Source: an uncultured bacterium (GTDB taxonomy: Bacteria; Bacillota_I; Bacilli_A; RFN20; CAG-826). From it: 64,000 nt of DNA. The stretch is from contig CASDWE010000001.1 in assembly GCA_949284685.1 (NCBI GenBank), positions 17,216-81,215 of the forward strand, given 5' to 3'. Shown in pieces: positions 11,009 through 19,899 of the stretch (positions are counted from its first letter, which is position 1; each line of letters opens with the position of its first letter). The position numbers and the translations under genes are program-made. The notes under the pieces were generated by a model. The model was not told where the DNA came from. It saw only the letters and a list, made by a program, of their open reading frames with translations, and did no database searches.

Positions 11009-11729
11009 CTTTTTTTACATCTTTAAAATTTATTACTGCTTGAAATACTACTTTTTCATCCACCGTACCTGTTACAGAAGAAATATTATTTGAAAAAGTT
11101 TCATATAATTTCAAATTTTGTTTTTCTTTCACTTCTAACATATAGTCGATTCTAAAATTTGTAATTTCATGTGTTAAATAAAAATCAGAATCATGCAAAT
11201 CCATAATATAATCGATATATCGGGTGTTATTTAAATGTCTATTTAAATCGCAATCAGTATATGAAATTGTAACTTCTTTTTTAAGGTCTCCTAAAGGAAT
11301 ATCAATTTTTTTTGGCAATGGAAGTTCGCCATCATGACTTTCAAATTCTAAATTAAATTCGCCTTCTTTTAATGTTGCTATTTTTCTTGTTTTATCATCT
11401 AAAAGGGCCCATGTAGTAACCATACGAATTATAGGCTGATTATTTTTATCTACAACTAAAAAATGTCTAGGATAAATAAAACGTAACGTAGGAGAAGGAT
11501 AAGTATAAAAAGTAATGGGTTCTAAATAATCGGGCATGCGATAAATTTTTACGTCGGCTCGTGTTACAACCCAAATTAATCCTTTTGATTCGTTAAAAGA
11601 GTTTCCTTTCCCAATTTCTTCAACAGCGGCAACAGATACATCTTGAAACATTCTAAAAAACGAAGAGATTCTTAATTTCTTTAATTCATCTACTTCAGTT
11701 GATTTAACAAATAGTTCCTCCTTGTGCAT
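10998..11729 (-). CDS. Acyl-ACP thioesterase (tandem hotdog)
   Basis: 243 aa whose layout is consistent with acyl-ACP thioesterase family proteins. It overlaps the GH3 gene by 11 nt. Confidence 0.55.
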   Translation of the reverse strand: MHKEELFVKSTEVDELKKLRISSFFRMFQDVSVAAVEEIGKGNSFNESKGLIWVVTRADVKIYRMPDYLEPITFYTYPSPTLRFIYPRHFLVVDKNNQPIIRMVTTWALLDDKTRKIATLKEGEFNLEFESHDGELPLPKKIDIPLGDLKKEVTISYTDCDLNRHLNNTRYIDYIMDLHDSDFYLTHEITNFRIDYMLEVKEKQNLKLYETFSNNISSVTGTVDEKVVFQAVINFKDVKKDEK

Positions 11730-11748
11730 ATAAATAAATATCTCCTTT

Positions 11749-12615
11749 TTATTTTTTAATACTCAATTTTAGAATATCACCATATAAATCCACGCGTCTA
11801 TCTCTAAATATTCCCCAAGAATAACGATGTTTATTAACTTCATCTAAATCAAATTCCTCTATAATGTAACCTTCATCTACACTATTTAATTGTTTTTTAA
11901 CATTTCCAAATTCGTCACAAATAAAAGATGAGCCAAAAAATGTCATTGATGAATTTCCGATTTTTTCTTCACCAATTCTATTTGATGCAACAACTGGTAT
12001 TATATTGGCGGCAGCATGGCCTATCATGACATTTTGCCAATGATTTTTGCTATCTTTATCTAAAACTGGTTCACTTCCAATCGCGGTTGGATAAAACAAT
12101 ATTTCAGCACCTTGAAGTGTCATGATTCTTGCACATTCGCTAAACCATTGGTCCCAGCATATTGCAACACCAATTTTTCCATATTTAGTATTAAAAATCT
12201 TAAAACCAGTATCCCCCGGGGTAAAATAAAACTTTTCCTCATAACATTGGCCAGTAGGGATATGCGATTTGCGATATAACCCAAGAATCTTTCCATCAGC
12301 ATCAATTACCACTAAAGAATTAAAGTAGCAGTTATTATCTTTTTCAAAAAAAGAAATCGGTAAAACAACACGATATTTTTTTGCAATTTGTTGATAATGT
12401 TTAATTAATTTACTATTCTTAACATCTTCTGCTAAAGAAAAGAAATCATAATTTTCAATTTGACAAAAATATATGTTAGAAAATAGTTCTTGTAATAAAA
12501 CTATGTTAGCACCATCTTGACACGCTACATGAATCATTTCATCAGCTTTTTCAATATTTTGCTTTATATTACTACTACAAGCAAATTGAACTGCACAAAC
12601 TTTTATTTTTCGCAT
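11749..12615 (-). CDS. aguB: N-carbamoylputrescine amidohydrolase (CN-hydrolase family)
   Basis: 288 aa that matches the AguB consensus closely: KVCAVQFACS, LQELF, YRKSHIP, AICWDQWF (catalytic Cys) and ILFYPTAIG. Confidence 0.85.
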   Translation of the reverse strand: MRKIKVCAVQFACSSNIKQNIEKADEMIHVACQDGANIVLLQELFSNIYFCQIENYDFFSLAEDVKNSKLIKHYQQIAKKYRVVLPISFFEKDNNCYFNSLVVIDADGKILGLYRKSHIPTGQCYEEKFYFTPGDTGFKIFNTKYGKIGVAICWDQWFSECARIMTLQGAEILFYPTAIGSEPVLDKDSKNHWQNVMIGHAAANIIPVVASNRIGEEKIGNSSMTFFGSSFICDEFGNVKKQLNSVDEGYIIEEFDLDEVNKHRYSWGIFRDRRVDLYGDILKLSIKK

Positions 12616-12618
12616 ACA

Positions 12619-15228
12619 TTAATTTCCTTTCTTTGGAATTTGCATGGTAATACAATGAATATTACCACCACCTATTAATATATTAACAGTTTTTATAGGA
12701 ATTATTGTTTTATTAGGAAAAATATTTTTAAATTGTTTTACAACTAATTCATCCTGTTTAACATCAAATTGTGGAAGAACAACAAAATCCTTACCTTGAT
12801 AAAAATTAATGTAACTTCCTTGCAAAATTTCATTAAATAAGCGAGGTTTTGCATTGTATTTATCTTTTTTTATGGCATTTGCTTGCTTTTTAGAAATGCG
12901 AATTTTGCTTGGCAATTTGACCTTAATTATGTTGTATGGATTACCATCAATATCCCTAGCGTTACTTAAAATCTTATATGCTTTTTGACAAACTAAATAT
13001 TGTTTTTTGTCGTTAGCGTTAGCCCACGCTAATAAGATAGTATGTTGATCTTTAAAAGCTATAAAATTATCAATATGCTCATCTGTTTCATCATTTAATA
13101 TACCATGTGGTAACCAAATTATTTGTGAAACATTTAAATTTATTTTTAAAATTTCTTCGATTTCGTTTTTGTTGAATTGAGGATTTCTACCTTTTGATAA
13201 CAAGCATGTTTCTGTCACAAACAAAGTTTTATTCCCATCATATGCGATAGAACCACCTTCTAAAACAAAATTATTAATGTAATAAGAATCGATGTTTAAT
13301 TTTTTTGACAAAACCTTGCCGAGATTATCATCATCTTGATAGTTGGAATATAGACCATTATATTCTCCGCCCCAAGCATTAAAACGGAAATCAACACTTC
13401 TAATTTGCCCTTGAGAATTTTTTAAGAAAATTAACGTATTATCTCTAGCCCAAGCATCATTATATTTTATTTTTAAAACACTAACACTAGTAAAATTCTT
13501 CACTAACGGCAAATATTTATTATAAACACTAGGGTCGATGCCAACGTAAACATGTTCATATTTAGAAATGCTTTTTATTACATTTAAAAATTCTTTTAAA
13601 GCATCTTTCCCTTTATTTGTCCAAACATCTTTACGATAAGGTAATAAAATAATACACCCATCATGTTCATCGCCTTCAAACGGTAAATAAAACTCATCAC
13701 CGCGAGGGGTCGTTTTTCTTTTAACAACATAATCCTGTAATTTTTTTTGATAATATGGAAATCTCTTCCATTTATTTTCATCTATAATATCAACTTGATA
13801 CCCATCATTATGATTTGATAATAATCGACATCCTTTTTTTGAACCATCTTTAATTTGATTAATGATATCCTTTGTAAAAACTTCACCAGGCAAAATTATA
13901 GGTATTCCTGGAGGGTAAATCATAATTGATTCCTTGCATATATGATTAAGTGCATTATCAAGTGAAACAGTTTGTGTTGGCGCAAAATAAGCTGTACGTG
14001 GCCTAGTTATCATATAACCATATTCAAAATTAAAATTATGAACCGGATAACTTAAATTTTTATGGAAATGGCGTTTTGATATATCTTTTAATGCTTTAAC
14101 CAAATTATCGATATGAGTTTTAGTGTTTCCTAATGCTAAAATACATAAAATAACATATGTCTCAGCAAGTTCTATTTGAATATGATAATCATTTTTTAAT
14201 AATCGATATACTTCATAACCATTTAAGTCTAAACGATCTAATTCAATTAAAAGTTTTGTCTTATCATAATTGAAACATCCGCGTGATTTAAAATAATCTT
14301 TACCACGCACTATAAAACCATCAATTTGATTAATTTTCTCAAAAGCATATTCGCTTAATTTAATTATGTTTTCAACAGATTCAGGACCATTTTCTTCCAT
14401 CCACGCTCGTGCAGCGTCTAAACTAGCAAGCAATAATGATGATGGGGACGTGGTGTTTAGTAAATTGAGTGTTTCTCTTATTTTGATATTATTAACCTTG
14501 TTTCCTTTGGTAAGCAATACGCTAGATTGCGTTAAACTGCCTCCGGTTTTATGAAATGAAACAGCGCTTATATCAGCGTTTGCTTCCATCGCATTAATAG
14601 GATTAGAATCACTAAAATAATAATGTGCACCATGAGCTTCATCAACAATGACTAACATGTTATGTTCATGAGCCATTTCAACAAGTTTTTTTAAATCCAA
14701 AATTACTCCAAAATAAGTTGGATTTATAACCACTACCGCTTTTGCACTTGGATAACGTATCATCGCCTTTTTATAATCTTGCAATGTTGGTTGATTTGCT
14801 ATTTCAATGTTTGCATCAATATCAGGATTAATATAAATTGGTATAGCACCACTTAAAACAAGAGAATTTGTAATAGATTTATGGACATTTCTTGGCAATA
14901 TGATTTTATCATTTGGACGGCAAATACTCAAAATAGCAGCTTGCAAACCACTAGTAGTTCCATTAATAAGAAAAAAAGAATTATCTGCGTGGCAAGCTTT
15001 TGCCATTAACTCTTCGCTTTGTAAAATAACGCCATCAGGATGTGCTAAATTATCTAAACCAACTGGTGCATTTACATCACATTTATATACTATTTGACCC
15101 ACTAAATCGGTCATTTTATTTTTAATATTTCCCATATGATGACCAGGTACATCAAAAGGAGAAATACCTTCGTTTACATAATTTTTAAGTGCGTCTACAA
15201 ATGGCGTCTCCGCCTTAACTTTTCCCAT
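12619..15228 (-). CDS. Bifunctional fusion of a PLP-dependent Orn/Lys/Arg-decarboxylase-family arginine decarboxylase (N-terminal) with agmatine deiminase (C-terminal)
   Basis: 869 aa. Residues 1 to ~495 show an OKR decarboxylase major domain with the PLP-lysine motif SFHKTGGS. From ~498 onward (TPRGDEFYLPFEGDEHDGCIILLPYRKDVWTNKGKDA...) the sequence aligns to an agmatine deiminase N-terminus and continues as a PAD_porph-type deiminase. The stop lies 3 nt before the aguB start. Confidence 0.75.
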   Translation of the reverse strand: MGKVKAETPFVDALKNYVNEGISPFDVPGHHMGNIKNKMTDLVGQIVYKCDVNAPVGLDNLAHPDGVILQSEELMAKACHADNSFFLINGTTSGLQAAILSICRPNDKIILPRNVHKSITNSLVLSGAIPIYINPDIDANIEIANQPTLQDYKKAMIRYPSAKAVVVINPTYFGVILDLKKLVEMAHEHNMLVIVDEAHGAHYYFSDSNPINAMEANADISAVSFHKTGGSLTQSSVLLTKGNKVNNIKIRETLNLLNTTSPSSLLLASLDAARAWMEENGPESVENIIKLSEYAFEKINQIDGFIVRGKDYFKSRGCFNYDKTKLLIELDRLDLNGYEVYRLLKNDYHIQIELAETYVILCILALGNTKTHIDNLVKALKDISKRHFHKNLSYPVHNFNFEYGYMITRPRTAYFAPTQTVSLDNALNHICKESIMIYPPGIPIILPGEVFTKDIINQIKDGSKKGCRLLSNHNDGYQVDIIDENKWKRFPYYQKKLQDYVVKRKTTPRGDEFYLPFEGDEHDGCIILLPYRKDVWTNKGKDALKEFLNVIKSISKYEHVYVGIDPSVYNKYLPLVKNFTSVSVLKIKYNDAWARDNTLIFLKNSQGQIRSVDFRFNAWGGEYNGLYSNYQDDDNLGKVLSKKLNIDSYYINNFVLEGGSIAYDGNKTLFVTETCLLSKGRNPQFNKNEIEEILKINLNVSQIIWLPHGILNDETDEHIDNFIAFKDQHTILLAWANANDKKQYLVCQKAYKILSNARDIDGNPYNIIKVKLPSKIRISKKQANAIKKDKYNAKPRLFNEILQGSYINFYQGKDFVVLPQFDVKQDELVVKQFKNIFPNKTIIPIKTVNILIGGGNIHCITMQIPKKGN

Positions 15229-15272
15229 GCTTTAAATTATAATAATAATTTATGCATATACAAGAAAATTTT

Positions 15273-15296
15273 AAAAGCGTGGTCGCCCACGCTTTT
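15273..15296. terminator. GC-stem hairpin (aaaagcgtggtcgcccacgctttt). It is a likely rho-independent terminator for the convergent minus-strand lipoprotein gene and insulates the downstream speA/aguA promoter.
   Basis: An 8-bp perfect stem (gcgtggtc/gaccacgc-type) is flanked by A/T runs on both strands. Confidence 0.55.
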
Positions 15297-15331
15297 AGAA
15301 AAGAGAAACAATAATGTTAATTTTAACTTTA

Positions 15332-16531
15332 TTATCCAACATATGCTGTCCAGTTACCAGGAACAACATTATCAGGATTATTATCATACCAAGATGCAGT
15401 GCTATTAACAATTGAATACATATTCATGCCAGAAGGAATATCTGCCAAACTTAAATCAGCCGTTCTAGCATTCCAATCTGCTAAAATACCATTATTATAT
15501 CCAGCACGCACGAACTGAATATTAGTGTATAAACTAACATCTAATCTAATACCCCAGAAATTATGACTTGTATCTGAATCATAGCGCAAATGAGTCATAA
15601 CAACACCTGGCCAAGCACCATTTATAACATCATTTGGTCCATAAGCATAAATTGAGGTTGATACATTATAGCCTTGCCACCAAGAAGCATCTTCAAAATA
15701 TAAAACAAGATATTCTGGAGCAACATTGCCAGATCTAACTGCTAAAGCATTAATTAATTCACCTAATGTCGTTTGAAGAGGTTTTTCTCCAACAGTTTCG
15801 CCTGCATCAACAACGGTATCCATATCAATATCACCAAGATTTTGGCTGATAAAGATTTTTTCTAATTGTTTCCAAGCACCATAACCATTATGGACATTTG
15901 GTGAACAAGAATCGATAAATTCATGTGATAAAACATGAGCAAGTTGTTCGCTAGTTAATGCTGGAACATAACCAAAATTAATATTACGAACAGCTGTTTC
16001 ATCTTCGCCTTTTTCAATCCAAAGTGCGTTATATTCGCTGTCCGTTCCTAAAAATGTTTTTGCGGTTTGTTTTGCGTTATAGCCATCCTGCCATTCACCA
16101 GCAAAATTTTTGATTTGAATATAATTATATTCATTTTTCAAATCGAAATAGTAAAGACCATAGCCATATCCATCATCACGGCTTCCATCGCTACTGCGAC
16201 CAATTAAATGCATTTTTGGAGCATCATTATAGCCACCTTCAATTGTGCTAATTGGTTCATCGTCAAGATTATCATTTTCCTCGGCATAAATCCAAAGGTT
16301 TCCATCCACTGAATCATGAGACCATGTTTCGTCATTTAAGACGACATAAATTCTCTTTAAACCAGTTTCTTCAACTACCCCACGATGATTATCGTCTGGT
16401 AAAAGAGAGGTTTTGGGCGTAAACGAGCATGCTGCTGCAACTATACCGACGATAGCAACACCGCATACCGCACCAAAAATCGCTAATTTCTTTTTCATAT
16501 GCAATTTTCCTAAACGTTTGATTAAAATCAA
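15332..16531 (-). CDS. Lipoprotein of unknown function with atypical composition
   Basis: Lipoprotein signal KKKLAIFGAVCGVAIVGIVAAAC. Start is either TTG 16531, which lies 4 nt after an AGGAG, or ATG 16498. The protein is rich in Gly/Ala/Asp/Trp/Tyr, unlike its Lys/Ile/Asn-rich neighbours. Confidence 0.5.
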   Translation of the reverse strand: MILIKRLGKLHMKKKLAIFGAVCGVAIVGIVAAACSFTPKTSLLPDDNHRGVVEETGLKRIYVVLNDETWSHDSVDGNLWIYAEENDNLDDEPISTIEGGYNDAPKMHLIGRSSDGSRDDGYGYGLYYFDLKNEYNYIQIKNFAGEWQDGYNAKQTAKTFLGTDSEYNALWIEKGEDETAVRNINFGYVPALTSEQLAHVLSHEFIDSCSPNVHNGYGAWKQLEKIFISQNLGDIDMDTVVDAGETVGEKPLQTTLGELINALAVRSGNVAPEYLVLYFEDASWWQGYNVSTSIYAYGPNDVINGAWPGVVMTHLRYDSDTSHNFWGIRLDVSLYTNIQFVRAGYNNGILADWNARTADLSLADIPSGMNMYSIVNSTASWYDNNPDNVVPGNWTAYVG

Positions 16532-16654
16532 ACAACTCCTTTCCTAAAAATTATTAAGTACATTAGGATTTATACTATTTATTATTTAACCATTAACAAT
16601 ATTTTATTTCAAACATTTTTTACATTGTGATGATAAATGGTATAATATGTAGAG

Positions 16655-17626
16655 ATGAAAAAAAGTAAAAAAAGTTTAATTTATAAAATTCCATTAATAA
16701 TCATTGCTAGCATACTTGGTCTAGTGAGTGTGGTTTCTGGTGGTCTTAATATTTTAAAATATGGCATTTATTCAGAATTTTATGCGGTTAAGGAAGATAT
16801 TGCAACACTCCCGGGATTAAATGACAATTTTGTTCCACAAGGAATATGTGTAAATGAAGAAAAAGGCATATATATGATATCTGGTTATATGTCGGATCAC
16901 ACAAATAGTAGAATTTATATCACAAACAAGGAAAACGAATCACGCTATGTTTCTCTTATTAAAAATGGTGAAGATTTTTTAGGACACGTTGGTGGAATAG
17001 CTACAACTGGAAATGATGTATTTATTGCAAACAATGAAAGAATTTATATAGTACAATTAAAAGATTTATTAAACGCTGATACTACGATAGATATTGGAGA
17101 TGGCATTGAAGTAAACAATGCTGCAAGTTTTGTCTTTACCAACGATGATTATTTATATGTTGGAGAATTTCATGATGGCGGAGCTTATGTAATTGAAAAT
17201 CACGAATTTGAAACAGGCGATGGAACATATTATGCGATTTGTTCAAAATATAATATTAGCGATTTTACCACGTCTACTTCATCTACTCCAAAGCCAGAAA
17301 TAATATACTCTATAAGAAACAAAGTACAAGGGTTTGCTGTTAAAAATAATGGTGATATCATTCTTTCAACTTCTTATGGCTTAACTGATTCCATTTTTTA
17401 TTATTACAATAGTAATCATATAGAACAATCAGATGAAACATATGATGGTGTGCCTGTATATTTTCTTGATGAATATGATAAGACTTTAAAAGGTTCTGCT
17501 ATGAGTGAAGACTTGGATTATGATGAAATAAATAATCAAATAATTACATTGACAGAAAGTGCATGCAATAAATATGTATTTGGCAAATTCTTTTTTGCAA
17601 CAACATTTTTTGCACTCAATTGGTAA
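16655..17626 (+). CDS. Hypothetical N-terminally anchored protein, possibly beta-propeller-like
   Basis: 323 aa with a single N-terminal TM/signal anchor followed by a repetitive beta-rich sequence. An extended -10 TGGTATAAT sits at 16634-16642, only ~12 nt before the ATG, giving a very short leader. Confidence 0.4.
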   Translation: MKKSKKSLIYKIPLIIIASILGLVSVVSGGLNILKYGIYSEFYAVKEDIATLPGLNDNFVPQGICVNEEKGIYMISGYMSDHTNSRIYITNKENESRYVSLIKNGEDFLGHVGGIATTGNDVFIANNERIYIVQLKDLLNADTTIDIGDGIEVNNAASFVFTNDDYLYVGEFHDGGAYVIENHEFETGDGTYYAICSKYNISDFTTSTSSTPKPEIIYSIRNKVQGFAVKNNGDIILSTSYGLTDSIFYYYNSNHIEQSDETYDGVPVYFLDEYDKTLKGSAMSEDLDYDEINNQIITLTESACNKYVFGKFFFATTFFALNW

Positions 17627-17631
17627 ATAAT

Positions 17632-18015
17632 ATGAATCACAAATTTGAATCAAGCGAAGATTACTTAGAAAGAATTCTTATGTTACAAGAAAAACGTAAG
17701 AAAAATGATATACGTGCCATCGATATTGCAAAAGACATGTCTTTTAGCAAGGCGAGTGTTTCGGTTGCACTAAAAAAATTAAAAGAACAAGAACTAATTA
17801 ATGTCGAACCTCATACCAGCGTAATAACTCTTACTGATAAAGGATATGAAATCGCAAATAAAATTTATGAACGTCACAAACTTATTTCAAAGTGGCTTTT
17901 AGATTTAGGCGTCAGCGAGGAAACCGCAGCACGCGATGCTTGTTTAATTGAACACGATTTAAGCGATGAAACATTTGCAATTTTGAAGAAAAAATATTTT
18001 AAGAATCGCTTCTAG
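17632..18015 (+). CDS. DtxR/MntR-family metal-dependent transcriptional repressor
   Basis: Winged-HTH plus dimerisation/metal-binding helix pattern (DYLERILMLQEKRKKNDIRAIDIAKDMSFSKASVSVALKKL... HKLISKWLLDLGVSEE). ATG 17632 is preferred over the track's TTG 17620, and it is probably co-transcribed with the upstream gene. Confidence 0.75.
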   Translation: MNHKFESSEDYLERILMLQEKRKKNDIRAIDIAKDMSFSKASVSVALKKLKEQELINVEPHTSVITLTDKGYEIANKIYERHKLISKWLLDLGVSEETAARDACLIEHDLSDETFAILKKKYFKNRF

Positions 18016-18841
18016 ATATAACTTTTGAATAAGGATCTTTAAAATCGATAGCTTTTGTAAAATCATCATTATAATGTGAATATATTGCAATAAAGATGAA
18101 ATAAATATACGGCATACCTAAATTTGTTTCAATAATACTATTTACGAGCATAGTAGTTAAAGAATGTTCGTTTATTGGTCTAATTGAATTAACAAGTAAC
18201 GCAAATTCCCAAGCAAATTGAACGCTTATGCCTATTAAATTTAAATGTAAAATGTTAATCATCTTCTTTTTATTTACAATATTATAAATGATTAAAATCA
18301 TATAACCGACAATAAGTATCAAAGCCATATAACCATGATATTGACCAGTTGTTCTAAAAGTTTGTATATTATTTTCACCACCTAACGAGGCAATAGAAGG
18401 TGCAACTAACCACCAAATAATAATCATAAATAAATATTCTTTTAGATTTTTATCTTTTTTTAGGCATAACCAAATATAAGCAAAATTTGTAATACCATAA
18501 CTAAGAGACATCCACAATAAAACAAGGGCGGTATTAGCTTCACTAGAAACGCCATTGACTGTTACAATTCTAGAACCGCTGATCCAATAAAAATATCCAT
18601 AGTCGACTAAAAAATATAATATTCCACCAAACAAGGCCCAAATGACAGTGATATACTTCTTTTGATATATCAATAAGCTTAATAAAACGCAAAGAAAAAC
18701 ACTATCAATAATGATATATGTCAAATTAAAATTTCTTGTTGGGGTTATATTTTCTAAACTTGATAAAAAATTAATATTCATAATCATCATCCAACCAATA
18801 TGATACACCATCTTCATAATATTTTGACCATGAAGATTCAT
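17999..18841 (-). CDS. Polytopic membrane protein of unknown function
   Basis: 280 aa with about 7 hydrophobic helices. The real start is probably an internal Met (for example near 18781-18817), which would limit overlap with the upstream esterase gene. Confidence 0.4.
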   Translation of the reverse strand: MNLHGQNIMKMVYHIGWMMIMNINFLSSLENITPTRNFNLTYIIIDSVFLCVLLSLLIYQKKYITVIWALFGGILYFLVDYGYFYWISGSRIVTVNGVSSEANTALVLLWMSLSYGITNFAYIWLCLKKDKNLKEYLFMIIIWWLVAPSIASLGGENNIQTFRTTGQYHGYMALILIVGYMILIIYNIVNKKKMINILHLNLIGISVQFAWEFALLVNSIRPINEHSLTTMLVNSIIETNLGMPYIYFIFIAIYSHYNDDFTKAIDFKDPYSKVISRSDS

Positions 18842-19655
18842 GATGTTTTAAAGAAGAATCAAAAACTAATTTAATTTGATTGTGGTTAAAACCTTTACGA
18901 AATAAATATCGATAAGTATAAAATGTTAAATCAACAAATCTGTGTTCGAATTCTTGCCCACCTACATAAAAATAAAATCGACCATATTCTTCATTATTAA
19001 AATGATATTTGCTCAATTTATGCTTAAAAAATTTATTTTGATAAACCATAAAAGCTGGAGAAAAACAAAGCGAAAAGCCAATATTTTCTTTAAATTTCAT
19101 TCCTAAATAAAAGGAAAACAAGCCTCCCATAGATGAACCTCCAATCGCGGTATTGTTTTTATCAGCTAAAGTATAAAATATTGAATCGATTCGTGGTTTT
19201 AAATTAAAAATAATAAAGTTTGCTAATGTCTCAGCATAACCTAATTCAACATCTTTTTTATGATAGAGCAGATGTGTAGATTTTGGTGTCATTTCTTGCA
19301 TTCGATCCATATCTTTTTTTGCTGAATCAATTCCCACTATAATAAAAGATTTCTTATTATTTTTAATACGTCTTTCAATGGTTTCATCACAATGCCATTC
19401 TCCAACATAGGAAGTATAATCATCAAATAAATTTTTCCCATCCATCATATACATAACCGGAAATCTCTTTTTAGGATTATCAAATTCGTAATCACTAGGT
19501 AAATAAACTCTAATTAATCTTTTTTTATCAGGATTATCAATATCAATAAAAATGGTAGTTATATATAAAAAGCCTTTGCTTATCGTGTTTGGTTTTTTAT
19601 GATAATATGTAAAATCTTCAATTTGTTTAGGACATCTCATATAAAGATTATACAT
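18771..19655 (-). CDS. Putative esterase (esterase D / enterochelin-esterase-like alpha/beta hydrolase)
   Basis: 294 aa with the GGSSMGG nucleophile-elbow motif typical of PF00756-type esterases. It sits next to the feo genes. Confidence 0.6.
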   Translation of the reverse strand: MYNLYMRCPKQIEDFTYYHKKPNTISKGFLYITTIFIDIDNPDKKRLIRVYLPSDYEFDNPKKRFPVMYMMDGKNLFDDYTSYVGEWHCDETIERRIKNNKKSFIIVGIDSAKKDMDRMQEMTPKSTHLLYHKKDVELGYAETLANFIIFNLKPRIDSIFYTLADKNNTAIGGSSMGGLFSFYLGMKFKENIGFSLCFSPAFMVYQNKFFKHKLSKYHFNNEEYGRFYFYVGGQEFEHRFVDLTFYTYRYLFRKGFNHNQIKLVFDSSLKHHESSWSKYYEDGVSYWLDDDYEY

Positions 19656-19720
19656 CTATTAGAAAAAATATTTCATATTTTTATAAAAAAAGCCTATTTT
19701 TCAATAGACTTTTTCTTATT

Positions 19721-19897
19721 TTATTTAGCGTGTTTTTTATATTTTTTATGATATTGCTTTAAAATATCATTTTTAGCGCAGTTACATCCGCAATCATTAA
19801 AAGGATTTTTCTTTTTTGCTTTGATTTGATAAACAAAATATATTATCAATCCTATAAATAAGCATATCCCTAAGATAATGATAATAATATCAATCAT
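19721..19897 (-). CDS. Small FeoB-associated Cys-rich membrane protein (58 aa). It is not in the supplied ORF track because it falls below the length cutoff.
   Basis: Hand translation from ATG 19897 to TAA 19721-19723 gives MIDIIIIILGICLFIGLIIYFVYQIKAKKKNPFNDCGCNCAKNDILKQYHKKYKKHAK. That is one TM helix followed by a CGCNC motif, and it starts 3 nt after the feoB stop. Confidence 0.55.
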   Translation of the reverse strand: MIDIIIIILGICLFIGLIIYFVYQIKAKKKNPFNDCGCNCAKNDILKQYHKKYKKHAK

Positions 19898-19899
19898 AA

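Noticed and set aside
15410-16531. Considered the GC- and Gly-rich lipoprotein as a possible mobile or phage gene
   Set aside because: No integrase, transposase or flanking direct repeats are visible. Only compositional atypicality was kept, as a finding.
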